From the NCBI GenBank assembly GCA_001599295.1, contig BCGN01000005.1, positions 620,001 through 684,000 of the forward strand: a DNA stretch of 64,000 nt. The letters are read 5' to 3'. This document shows, piece after piece, positions 17,996 through 29,211 of the stretch. The translations under genes were made by a program, and so were the position numbers. Every line of letters begins with the position of its first letter. The stretch's first letter is position 1. A model generated the notes under the pieces. The model made no database searches and was not told the origin of the DNA. It was given only the letters and a program-made list of their open reading frames with translations. Origin of the DNA: Sporopachydermia quercuum (taxonomy: Eukaryota).

Positions 17996-20900
17996 ATGAC
18001 TGAACCTACAAAACGGAGGAAGAAGCCTCTGACTCCAGCGCTCATTATTAAATCAATTATTCACGAGCTTTCATTTTTTGGCCTACAAGGCGCAACCCTT
18101 GATGAACTTTGGGCCCTTGTCGCAGAGTTTTCAGGAGACATTGATCAAATACTGAAATGCGCAATATGGGCATGGCTTATGAGCCATCCGAAATGCTTTG
18201 TGTATGTTGATCGTAAACCTATGGACAAATCGGATTTGAACGACTATGAATATGTGTTTTCATCATTCTCTGAAACCCTCAGAGTTTGCTCTGACGAAGA
18301 AAGTATCTATCTAGCTTTAACTAAACATCCCAAGCAAAACAATCCTATACCTGCGGGTCCTTTTGCTATATTGAGTGATATAGCAAGAACTAGACATTTA
18401 GGCATAACATCTACAAAACTTGCTTTACAAACCAATCAACAACCGAGAAATCTCGGCGCCAAGCTAAAAAGAATTATGGCCGCTAATCTTGTTGTTAGAT
18501 ATCCAGTAGTTATGGCTGGCCACCTTCAGTTCTTGCTGGTTCATTCTAACTTCACTGATAGAGTGCAATTTGACAAATCAGACGCTGTACGTAAAGCGAA
18601 TAAATTAGGGACCGAGGAACTAGAAAAATTGGCGTTGACCTTGATAGAAAAACTGAAAAGCAAAAATAGCTCAGGAATCTACGGAGAACGGAGATTATAT
18701 GAAGAGTTAACGGCTGTGGGAGCTACAACCGAGAATCTGAAAACAGTAAAGAAGTCCCTAGTGAAAATAGGTGTTCTGAAGGAAGTCGTAGCTGTAGCAA
18801 AGAACTCTGCTACGTCCAAACGTTATAGATGTTTACAATACGTCAAGGAGTTTCACCCTGGAGATCTAACGGATAGACATGATGCTAGTGACGATGACAG
18901 CGAGAACGATGAAGATCTCATTGGAGATCACGACCATAATGAAACAGAATACAATGATGATTCTGTCAATAACAGTGATTTAATGCCTGATCCTGACGAT
19001 ACCATTGAACTAGAGATATCAAACCAGCCTTTTTCTTTATCGTCAACAGACGAAAATACCATAAAAGATGATGTTTCTACTACCAATATAACTATCAGAA
19101 GAGCCATTGGATACAATCCCGATTTTGGTCCTTGTCTCAACAGATTTGTCCCATTGGAAACTCAGTTTTTCTCAGTGATTCAACGTAATCCTGGCATATC
19201 TTCTATGCAGACACGAAGAATTCTCCTGGGTGATTATTGTAAGAAGGTGTTTGATCGTTTGGTCGACAATTTGATCATAGATTATACTAATATAAACAAA
19301 TCAATTCAACCAGAAGTATTAAAACATTTAACTCTAGTTAAGGGTTATGATTTCAAACTTAAAGTGCGTTTCTGGAGGCTATTCACTTACGAGGACTATG
19401 CACAATCTCATAATATAAATATACCTTCCGATTCTCGCTGGGGCGAGTTCTTTGATGATCCTTCTACTGATTTTGTTTCTTACCTGGCTGTAACAGAGGA
19501 TTGCACATTATTAGGTTCAATGAGATCTCTGCGGCTATTGAATGAATCTCTGAAGATGAAATTCAAGAACAGGATGGTTTCTGGAGTAAAGAAAGGCAGG
19601 CCGAGGCTAACAGAAGAACAGCTTAGAGAGAGAGAAGACAAGGCCAATGCTAAAGGGAAAGGGAAAGGCAAAGGATCAACAGTGAAGACAGAAACTGGTA
19701 AAGGCAGAGGACGACCGAGGAAGAACCCTGCCATTGTTAAGAGTGAAAATGGTGAGAATGCAGTTAAAATTGAGAATGAAAACGAAAATAACGGTATAAT
19801 TGATGAGGATTTGCCTGTTAGAGCAGCATTGGGTACGAACATTGAGGAGGATCACAGCACTGAGAGTCTGGAAATGACAAATAAGACAGAGATGGAAGTA
19901 AGCAGGAAAAGAGGAAGACCACGGAAGACAAGTAATACAAATGAAGCTAAGAGTAAGAAAGCGAAGACAGAAAATGCTGGGAAAACGGGGATAATAAATG
20001 AACCAAAAACCATAACGGAGACTTTGGAAACCTCGGAAACAATGGAAACCATGGAAATAATACCAGGAACAATCCCGGAAAATATATCGAGAACAACAGG
20101 GTCCTTAGATATCGAGCCGAGTTTACAATCACATAATTCTTCTCACACTCGTGCAATCTCACCAGCTACTTCGTCATCTTCTAACCAAATTTTCCCCCAA
20201 GGAAACGCAGTTGAAACATTATCTGCATCTACATCCGCAACTGCATCAAACTTAACTATGCCTGTTGAAACACACCCACAAGAAATGCGTTCTGTTTCAT
20301 CATTTCTCTCCTCTCAAACATATACACCTATACCAAACAGGAAAACAATTACATCAAAAACAATCAATTCCACCTGGAAAAGCAAACTTAAGCAACTCGA
20401 AAAAGAGAAGAAGCAAAACAGCAGTCATATCTTTACCAATAAAAGCTTCAATTCAAAATCCAGACAGTCCATGATTTTAGGCATAGTAAAGGATAAAAAA
20501 CTAGCCTTTGGTGGTAGCCATATGATTAGAAGCCTGAAAGATAAGTTAGGCAGATCGATTGATAAGAAAACGCTTGACAGAGATGTTGATGTATTAGTAG
20601 CCGAGAAGAAAATAAGAAGAGTGGTAATAGCTTTACCAGCCGATGCAACGGGGGGAATTTCCTACAGATCTGTGCTTATATATGGCAGTTCTGGCGAAGA
20701 GACAGATGAATTAATTAGTAAGCTTAAACAGAGAGTACTGGAATTAGAACGGAAGAACAANAGTGAGATTGCCAGTGAATTGAGTAAAGCCCGAGAGATC
20801 GTAGTATTAGATAAAAGCCATTCGGTTTGGGACCAACAGAGAAAAGCAGCGGAGAAGAGGAAAAAACGATTAGAGTCGCTAAAGGGAAATGGCCAGCCAA

Positions 20901-22708
20901 CTAGGGATAGGGAAAATAGCCGAAATAGTACCAAGCTTGTTCCGCTGAAAGAAGGGTTTGGGGAAAAGAGCTTGCGACTGTCGGATGAGCCTGATGGAAA
21001 AGAGAAAGAAAAAGAATGGAAAGAACGACGGAAAATGGCAGTAAAGACAGAGGGAAAAACGACCGTAAAAACGAGGGGAACATCAGAGGTCAGACCAACG
21101 GAGCTAAACTCATCCGAAAGCAAGGTCAAAAGCATTTCCGAGAAATCTCGAAAACCAAAACCTCGGAAGAAACGGAATAACAGCACTCAGGATATCTCCG
21201 ACCCGCTCTTAACCTTAAACATAGTCCATGCTAAAGGCAGCAAACTGAAAGAGAGGAAACATGAGCCTAAAACTCAAGCAACAAGCAATGATGACTCAAA
21301 GGTTTTCCCCAGAAGAATAAGGCTTTCCGAAGGGGTAAATATTAATGTCGAATTGCTGTTTAGACTGGTGATCGTATCGAAGATGCTCTCAAACAATGGC
21401 GGCATTGATTGGGATCGGCTGAGTATTTTACTAGATGGGCTGCCAGTGTTTTTATTGAAAGCCAAATGGACGTCAGTGAGGTCCAAAATTGGTGGCCAAG
21501 CTACAGTTTTTTTTGCTTCTCAAGCTTTTGAGAAAATCGTTCTGGAAAGCATTGCTGATGGTTCATTAGAAGTTAACGATTTAGAACATATGGATTATGA
21601 GTATTTGGTGGCATTCTGGAAACAGAAGGACAATTTGTTCACAGAAGATGTGGTCGTTCCTTTGTTCAGCGATGTTGAAGCTATTGAAGCAAACTACGAG
21701 TTCAATGCTACTGCAAATGAATCGGTCGACTTCCTAGCCAGCTATGAGAATGCTTATTCAACAATCACCAGGACCGAGATAATAGCTGAGTGTGATTTTT
21801 CATGTATCAGTTATAATAGTGCACAGCTACAGATAACCAGTGGAAACAAAGAGCGAGAAGTTAAATCAGATAGATCAGATGGACAACTGGAAGAGGTGAT
21901 TCAGACTATTAAAGGAATAACAGCTACCATTGAAAAAGAATATGAAAGTGAAAAGGCTAAAGAGGTGTTACTACAGTATGGCGAATCAACCGTTGAAAAC
22001 GCAGTAAGGAAAATGGAAGAGGATAAAATTGTTATTTATGTTCCTGGGGACCATGAGAAACGAATTCCTGGTAGAAGTTTTACATTTTCTGAGAAATTCT
22101 ACGGTTCATTGCAAACAAAGATGCCTGAATGTAATTTACAAGATGTTTTTATGTTTCATGATGTAATGAAACGAGAATTAATCAAAAGAAATGGCATAAT
22201 GCTTGATTATGTTCAGACAGACAGCGCAATGATCAGTTTGTTGAGCATGATAAGTAATCAGGAGATCGATCTCATAAGAGTTGATTTGAAAACGAGTCCT
22301 GATAAATTGATAGATGGCTACGTCTCAAGAGTAGTTGATAGATCTAAACTTGACTGTGGACTTTTAGTAAAGCAAACGGGGAAACTTAAAATAGAACCAA
22401 AAGACAAAGTTTTGAATATCCAGCCTCTGCTGGATAAAAATGGTTGTACAAGGATTTGGATTTCATTGTCAGGTGGACTAAATAAGGATATATTCCATGA
22501 TTTGATTAGAAGCTTATTGTTTAATATATGTTTAAGACCAGGTATACCATACAAGGTGCTGAAAAGCATTATGTCTATCACACTGACCACCGATGAATTT
22601 GATGAATTGCTATGTTGGCTTGAAGATAATAAGATTATCCATAGGGGACCATTAGATGGTCTATGGGTTGAAGATGTGTGGTATAGAGCATTGAATATTG
22701 GAGTATGA
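17996..22708 (+). CDS. TFC3: TFIIIC B-box-binding subunit (tau138/Sfc3)
   Basis: 1570 aa with N-terminal IIHELSFFGLQGATLDELW, a winged-helix segment ILSDIARTRHLGI, IDKKTLDRDV, three AT-hooks and C-terminal RPGI..LCWLED..GLWV. Divergent from NUP60 as in S. cerevisiae. Confidence 0.85.
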   Translation: MTEPTKRRKKPLTPALIIKSIIHELSFFGLQGATLDELWALVAEFSGDIDQILKCAIWAWLMSHPKCFVYVDRKPMDKSDLNDYEYVFSSFSETLRVCSDEESIYLALTKHPKQNNPIPAGPFAILSDIARTRHLGITSTKLALQTNQQPRNLGAKLKRIMAANLVVRYPVVMAGHLQFLLVHSNFTDRVQFDKSDAVRKANKLGTEELEKLALTLIEKLKSKNSSGIYGERRLYEELTAVGATTENLKTVKKSLVKIGVLKEVVAVAKNSATSKRYRCLQYVKEFHPGDLTDRHDASDDDSENDEDLIGDHDHNETEYNDDSVNNSDLMPDPDDTIELEISNQPFSLSSTDENTIKDDVSTTNITIRRAIGYNPDFGPCLNRFVPLETQFFSVIQRNPGISSMQTRRILLGDYCKKVFDRLVDNLIIDYTNINKSIQPEVLKHLTLVKGYDFKLKVRFWRLFTYEDYAQSHNINIPSDSRWGEFFDDPSTDFVSYLAVTEDCTLLGSMRSLRLLNESLKMKFKNRMVSGVKKGRPRLTEEQLREREDKANAKGKGKGKGSTVKTETGKGRGRPRKNPAIVKSENGENAVKIENENENNGIIDEDLPVRAALGTNIEEDHSTESLEMTNKTEMEVSRKRGRPRKTSNTNEAKSKKAKTENAGKTGIINEPKTITETLETSETMETMEIIPGTIPENISRTTGSLDIEPSLQSHNSSHTRAISPATSSSSNQIFPQGNAVETLSASTSATASNLTMPVETHPQEMRSVSSFLSSQTYTPIPNRKTITSKTINSTWKSKLKQLEKEKKQNSSHIFTNKSFNSKSRQSMILGIVKDKKLAFGGSHMIRSLKDKLGRSIDKKTLDRDVDVLVAEKKIRRVVIALPADATGGISYRSVLIYGSSGEETDELISKLKQRVLELERKNXSEIASELSKAREIVVLDKSHSVWDQQRKAAEKRKKRLESLKGNGQPTRDRENSRNSTKLVPLKEGFGEKSLRLSDEPDGKEKEKEWKERRKMAVKTEGKTTVKTRGTSEVRPTELNSSESKVKSISEKSRKPKPRKKRNNSTQDISDPLLTLNIVHAKGSKLKERKHEPKTQATSNDDSKVFPRRIRLSEGVNINVELLFRLVIVSKMLSNNGGIDWDRLSILLDGLPVFLLKAKWTSVRSKIGGQATVFFASQAFEKIVLESIADGSLEVNDLEHMDYEYLVAFWKQKDNLFTEDVVVPLFSDVEAIEANYEFNATANESVDFLASYENAYSTITRTEIIAECDFSCISYNSAQLQITSGNKEREVKSDRSDGQLEEVIQTIKGITATIEKEYESEKAKEVLLQYGESTVENAVRKMEEDKIVIYVPGDHEKRIPGRSFTFSEKFYGSLQTKMPECNLQDVFMFHDVMKRELIKRNGIMLDYVQTDSAMISLLSMISNQEIDLIRVDLKTSPDKLIDGYVSRVVDRSKLDCGLLVKQTGKLKIEPKDKVLNIQPLLDKNGCTRIWISLSGGLNKDIFHDLIRSLLFNICLRPGIPYKVLKSIMSITLTTDEFDELLCWLEDNKIIHRGPLDGLWVEDVWYRALNIGV

Positions 22709-23354
22709 CCCTAGAGTGGGAAAAGTTATGCAATAATAAGATCAAGAAAGATAATCGATATATGCCATATGTTTTCTATTCTTTCGGATGACTGGAAATA
22801 CGTTTGATGTGTTTTAAGCTTGAAAGAGAAATTTCGCAGAAGATGACTATAATTTGATTTAATGTGACTGAATTTCGGAGATTATATAAAATTACGGAAA
22901 TAATGTTTGATCCGCTATTGCTAAGCATCATAAGTTCGGCACGATAGAACACCATAGTTCTGGAATAACTTGTTTAATTGATTAAACTTGCAAATATTTC
23001 ATATTTGAATGTATTATAATTTATATAATTGTACCATTATGTACACTATGATGTATAATAAAAAATCCATCTATGCTGGCCGGCAACGCTACTTGGGCAA
23101 TCATGTATCCTCCCTTATTTTCTCCGAATTTATTTTCTCCGTTATTCTTTGTTTCATGTCTTCGGTTCGTTTAGGTTCATTATTTTCTTTCTATCATTAT
23201 CATTTCAATTTCTTATTATCTTAATATATAAGCAAATCTCTCGCCGAAAGCTAAACCAAAACAAAACTTACCTTCTGTATTATCTTTGATTTTCTCCTGG
23301 CTCTCCTACCTATAAATCATCTTCGCTCTCTTTAAATTCATACACACAGCAATA

Positions 23355-24314
23355 ATGGATGACGAACTGTAAGTATCAGCTGATAGTGATTATCAACTTA
23401 TCTTCAGAATAAACATTCCAACAAACATTCCATTATAATGAAAGCATCAAAAATCATCATATCACTAAATCTGACACTAACAAATGCTCTTTGTAGATCT
23501 CTAAGTGCATCAACATTAGCTGCATTAACAGAGTTCCGTCAGGAGCAGAAGCAAAGGGAAGAACATTTTGCAAAGCTATATCAAACAGCAGAGAACCAAT
23601 TTGAAGAAACCGATGATGATGAAGTGAAAGAAAAAGGGATGGAATTATTTCAGGAAGATTGGAATTTGTCCCAATTTTGGTATAACGACGAAACATCAAG
23701 AATCCTTGCTGAATCAATTCTGGAAGGTGCTACAAAAGATACATATATAGCTGTTATCAGCGCTCCATCAGCATATGCTGCTATATTGAAACTGCCACAA
23801 CAAAAAATTCCCACTCAAAACATTTATCTACTAGAGCATGATAACAGATTCAAATTGTTAGGAAAAGATAAGTTTCTGTTTTATGATTTCGCCAAGCCAT
23901 TTGATCTACCAAAGGAACTTAAAGGCAAGTTTGATAGACTGATAGTCGATCCGCCATTCTTATCAGAAGAATGCCAGACAAAAGGTAAGTTGGCTTTGAT
24001 CAGCATTTGATTGGATTTTATGTTGTTTGTCAATGTAATAATTTCCATAAGAAAGAATAAAAAGAACTGATTCTAACAACTGTCAAGCATCATTGACTGC
24101 ACGATGGATGCAGAAGCTCGGTGAGGATAATATGCCATCAAAGGACAACAGAGTTGTGATTTGCACTGGTGAAAGAATGGAACATTTGATTGTTGACAAG
24201 CTTTATCCTGGTATGAGGACAACTTCTTTCTATCCTGGACATACTAACGGGCTGAGCAATGAGTTTAGATGCTATGCTAATTTTGAGTCCAAGCACTGGA
24301 AGTACTCCCCGTAA
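23355..24314 (+). CDS. EFM5: eEF1A lysine methyltransferase Efm5/N6AMT2; exons 23355-23368, 23497-23984, 24088-24314 (242 aa)
   Basis: MDDELSLSASTLAALTEF, EDWNLSQFWY, DPPFLSEECQTK, GLSNEFRCYANFE. Two GTAAGT introns join in frame. Confidence 0.92.
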
Positions 24315-24782
24315 ATGCAAGACAAAAGAGCTTGAGAGCTCGAAAGGAGCCATTGGAACGTGTAGGTTAGATGACTATTGTACTTGTATTATAATTTCAT
24401 ACGATTTGAAGCACTTATAGAGATGTTTGGATGAGAAAGCGCTGAAATATAGTAAAAATAAATACTGTTCTTTGATCTGACATATGCGTATATGCACAAC
24501 TATGCAGAGGGCACATGCACATACATCTTTATACATATTGGATATTTCGAATCACTCAATAGTTTCTCCATCGAAGATACGAATTATTAATCAACGCAAT
24601 AGTAAATAACATAATCAGACTCCCTCCCTATTTTACCAGTCAAACATACCGCTACCTAACACTTAATCTACTTACCCATTAACTCTCCTACCCTTATCTT
24701 TTTCTATCACGTAATCATTTGGCCTCACTTTGTACCGATTTCCTATGACATAATCATGTAATCTTATTAATATCTATTTACA

Positions 24783-24811
24783 ATCACATAATCACATAAT
24801 CACATAATCAC
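24783..24811. repeat. (ATCACAT)x4 tandem repeat in the epsin promoter
   Basis: atcacataatcacataatcacataatcacac read directly. Confidence 0.8.
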
Positions 24812-25429
24812 ACCTATATCTATTTCCTATCACGTCATCTTTTATCTCACCTTCGCCTCGTTATCTGAAAAGCCGACAAATCGTTCATCCTAATTATTGT
24901 ATGTATCGTTAGCCTTATGAATCTTTCTTCTATTCAACTATCAACCATAATTTTCTATTTGCCATTACGATTCAATCAATCATCAGCAATAGCAGATAAG
25001 GCCCACTAAGTATCAATAACTCACCCATCATACAATTGTGGCAACAATTGGATGGATTGCTGTTCAGATTGTTTTTCCGAAGACTGTTTACTGGTATCAG
25101 TAAAGAGCCAACTGTGAGACACATAACATCAATCTATTAGATATTCTGTCTACTAGCTACTATTATAATAATACAAAACAGTGACTTCCAAACTGAATAG
25201 AATTCAATTTGAAATTTAACAAGGTCGCCAGTTTGCTATTTGTTTCAACTCACTGTTTCTTGTTTTTTATCACCCAGTGCTATTACTACCATCAAAATAA
25301 CATCTATAAGGGTTATCTATCACATACATACACGGAATCCGATAGAATTGAAATTTCATCCAGTGATAATAAACTGTTGATTGAGAAAACAGCAGCATTA
25401 TTGAATATATCAAGTAAACTTTTTACATA

Positions 25430-27490
25430 ATGTCTAAATCAATTGTCAGATCAATGAAAAACCTCACAGGGGGTTACAACTCCGCTGAGGTTAAAGTGAG
25501 AAATGGTATGTGAAAGAGTTTTGAGCGTTCAAATGAACATTTTAATGAGAATTTAGCATATTGTCGGTATTATGAATATATGAAAAAGCCTACGATTATA
25601 TGTCCAATTATTCATAGACGTTAAATTCAAATGAATAGATTCTAACAGACTAATAGCTACTTCCAATGACCCATCTGGACCTGCTACTTATGAAATGGAA
25701 GAGATTGCTGAGTTGACACATGATCAGTAAGTAATAGCAAAAGGAAATCAGTTTTCGACAAACAAATGCTTATATAGGTGATAGTTAATGCTAACAATTG
25801 GTTAGGGCTGTTTTCTTTGATATTATGAACATGCTGGATAAAAGACTTAACGATAAAGGCAAGAACTGGAGACATGTTGCTAAAGTATGTATTAACAGTT
25901 ATATCAAAATTGCTATTATAATTAAACTAGTTTAAGTATGATCCTTTTGTTACTAACATCAGAAAGTCTATGACTGTTCTAGATTACCTTGTCAGATGCG
26001 GAGATGAAAACGTTGTCCTTTGGGCTCAAGACAATCTCTACATTATCAAAACTCTAAGAGAATTTCAATACATCGATGAAACAGGTCATGATCGTGGCTC
26101 TGTAGTAAGAGCTAAAGCCAAAGAATTAACAACATTATTAAGAGACAACGATGCATTGAGAGAAGAACGATTAGCTCGTAAGAATGCAAAGCGCGGTAAA
26201 AACTTAGATAGGAAAGGCTCTAGAAGCCGAAAAGATGACTTCGGTTTTGATGATGACGAAAGAAAAAAAAGCGGTGATGACGAAAGAAGAACAAGAAGTG
26301 ATGGTGACGAAAGAAGAAGAAGAAGTGATGATGAGTATGACAGTGAATTGGAAAAAGCTTTAGAAATAAGCAGAAGAACAGCAGAAGAGGATGAGAGAAA
26401 ACGCCATAATAAAAACGATAAAAGTTTGGAAATGGCTTTGAAATTAAGCGCTGAAGAAGAAGAAGCAAGAAGACAACAACAACTCCAAGAAGCCCAAAGC
26501 TTCCAAAACGCTCCTTTGATAGACTTGGATTCTCAGCCTCAGCCTCAGCTTCAAGCTCAATTTCAACCCCAATACTCACACCAATACCAACTCCCTCAGG
26601 TAACAGGCTTTATGGGATTCCAAGGTCAACAGCAACCACAACAGACTGGATTCTTTCCTGCACAGTCACAAGGTCAATTAGGTGTTATAAACAATCAAAC
26701 TTTTATACCCAATCAAGTGCAGTCAATGCAGCCAATGGCAACAGGATTATTGCAGAATGCATATGGAACAGGAATTACTGGTATGAATGGAATGATGCCT
26801 CAAACCACAGGATTCAACCAAATTGGATACTCTAACAATAACTTACCTTATGCAAACATGAATGGATTGTCAGGATGGTCTCAGCCGCTGTTTGGTGCTC
26901 AACAACAGCAAGGACAACAGGATAATCAGCCATTAAAACCTTTGAAAACAGGTAGTAACAATCCCTTTGCTGCAACAATTGGCGGAGCTAACTCTGAACC
27001 AGATGAGCTATCATTTGCTGAGCAACAAGCTCAACAGTTCAGACAACAACAAGCTCAACAACAAGCTCAACAGCAAGCTCAACAACAATTGTTTCAAAAT
27101 AATCAACAACAATCTCAATTCACTTCCAACCCTTTGGCAGCTCAATTGACAGCTGGCAAACAACAGAAATCTCAACAATTCTCAGAACTGAACGCTTTGC
27201 TTGCGACTGGTGATGGTATTGATACATTTGGTAACACAGGAGAAACAAGAATCCCAGCCCAGTTTACTCACAGTGCATCTTTCATCAACTCTTCAGGTAC
27301 AGGAATTAGACCACAATCAACGGGCGCTGCCAATGCTTCCAGCAATCCTTTCTTTGCTATGCAATATGGACCTACACCTGGAGCTGGACAAGGAGCAATA
27401 GTTGCAGCTCCTACAGGTTTTGGCTTTGGTAATTCAACACCCCAGCAACAGCAGCAAGCAGGAAACGCCAATAGATTACTTGATTTATAA
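25430..27490 (+). CDS. ENT2: Epsin Ent1/Ent2; exons 25430-25505, 25657-25726, 25806-25884, 25967-27490 (582 aa)
   Basis: ENTH domain (KVRNATSNDP, KRLNDKGKNWRHVAKSMTVLDYL), two UIMs, two NPF motifs, many xxTG motifs, C-terminal clathrin box LLDL. ENT1 versus ENT2 cannot be distinguished. Confidence 0.9.
26249..26335 (+). repeat. 24-27-nt coding tandem repeat (DDERR..S) in epsin
   Basis: Three imperfect GATGACGAAAGAAGA...AGT units. Confidence 0.75.
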
Positions 27491-27574
27491 GGGGAAGTAG
27501 AATGTTGAGAATGTCAACTATTGGTAGGTTTTATTATAAATGAATAAACGAATTAATTGCATTGGTTGTTAAGG

Positions 27575-27602
27575 TGTGAGATGTGAGATGTGAGATGTGA
27601 GA
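27575..27602. repeat. (TGTGAGA)x4 repeat in the epsin 3' region
   Basis: tgtgagatgtgagatgtgagatgtgaga read directly. Confidence 0.8.
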
Positions 27603-28018
27603 CTTTTGATGGCGATAGTAGATGTTTCTTTTGAAGTATTTTATTTATCTTATCTTCATGTTTTATGTGTGTTCTATATTTTATATTACTTTATGTTTCT
27701 TCATTTTTTTGTTTCTCTGTTTCTTTATCAAAAATAATTCTATGTGAGTTCCTTTTCTATTGATTATGCGATATATTATAGATTATTTTACTACCTTACA
27801 ATCTACTCTGTTATTCTATGTTATATTTAGACATAGCACATTATGTTTTACATTGCTTAATTTGTTATTTGAAAAGTTATTACTAATGATACGTTGTAGA
27901 AAAGTGTAGTAGAATATGTAATAGGCTGTATGAGAGTCCAATTTTTAATACCTTCTACCATAGACTAACAATAGGGCCATCGATTAACAAATACTTCAGG
28001 TTTTTAGCAAGTTTTTTA

Positions 28019-28781
28019 ATGTTGATAGGAAATATTAATACTATCAATAAAAAGATTGCAAGTAAATCAATCTGTTTCTTTTCTTTCGGTTTTTGCCAAA
28101 AAAAATTCTTCTATTGAACTGATAAGCGCTGGTCCACAAAAACGCTGAAACCACTTCACGTGGATTAATACTCTTTTCCCGACAATTAACAAAGTAGCAA
28201 AGGGTTAGAAAGTATTCATAAGTACGATTAGTTTATTTTGGTCACAATATACAATTGCAAGATGTGGAAATGGGAAACTCACGAAGTTCATACTAATTCA
28301 CTTGAAATGAATATGGTAGATCAAACACAAATTCCTATGATGAAAAGGTAAGAATAAAAGCTGGCTCACTAGAATAGTAGCTTATGATAACTCCACCATT
28401 AATCAAATAATCAGCTACCATACAAATCTCAACATTCTGATAACTAAATTCCTTTCCCTTTTTTGCCTCATATGTTTATGTTTATGTTCATCAACTGTGA
28501 AGGCATCAACAAACGACATGGTTGTGTCGTCTACCTTTCATCGCCTATGTCACTTTATGGGTTCTCTACTGCTGGCCTTACTGATAAGGAATAACGAAGA
28601 GCAATTTGTAATCCTAGAAAGAACCATAATAAGCATATCTTTTGAATTTACATTGCTTGTTATTATCTTTTCTACTTGTAAAACAATATTATTCGTATGG
28701 CATATTGCTCTTATGCTAATCGTTGGGGTAATATTGTATCACAATACAATCAATCGCTGCAAACAACCACCAAAATACTGA
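28019..28781 (+). CDS. Candidate spliced orphan small membrane protein; exons 28019-28061, 28203-28221, 28320-28347, 28503-28781 (122 aa)
   Basis: Donors GTAAAT, GTACGA and GTAAGA, branch-like sites, and an AG-free pyrimidine tract before 28502. The spliced frame is open into a hydrophobic 92-codon exon. No homology recognised. Confidence 0.3.
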
Positions 28782-29211
28782 AACATGTGACAGGAGGCTC
28801 TTCGAGCTGCTTTGCTTCTGGGCAGTGCATAACTGTTACCATTAAAAGAATCCATGTTAAATCTCACACTGGAATTAATGTTCCTAGCCTTTGTTTTCAG
28901 CTTCATGAATGAGCCTCCGGATTTCTTAGGAAGAAGTAAGAGGTTCATTATATATCCTGATTCAGAGACAAGCGTAAATCTATATCACCTATTATAAACT
29001 ACTGTTCTCTCACTGATTATAGGCATAACTACTCCATCATTAAATTCAAATTCAATATCTTATTTGCAGGCAAATATAGTAAATATAATGCTATATTCCA
29101 TCAATAATATAGCACAGAACACTATATGTATATTCATGTATTTATTTATTTCATCTATACTTCATTTCAAAATTACTTTCCTCAGTATAATCAATCAACT
29201 GATTGAATTCG

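Noticed and set aside
28337..28440. C/D snoRNA (ATGATGA...CTGA)
   Set aside because: No terminal stem or recognisable rRNA guide, and it overlaps a predicted exon/donor.
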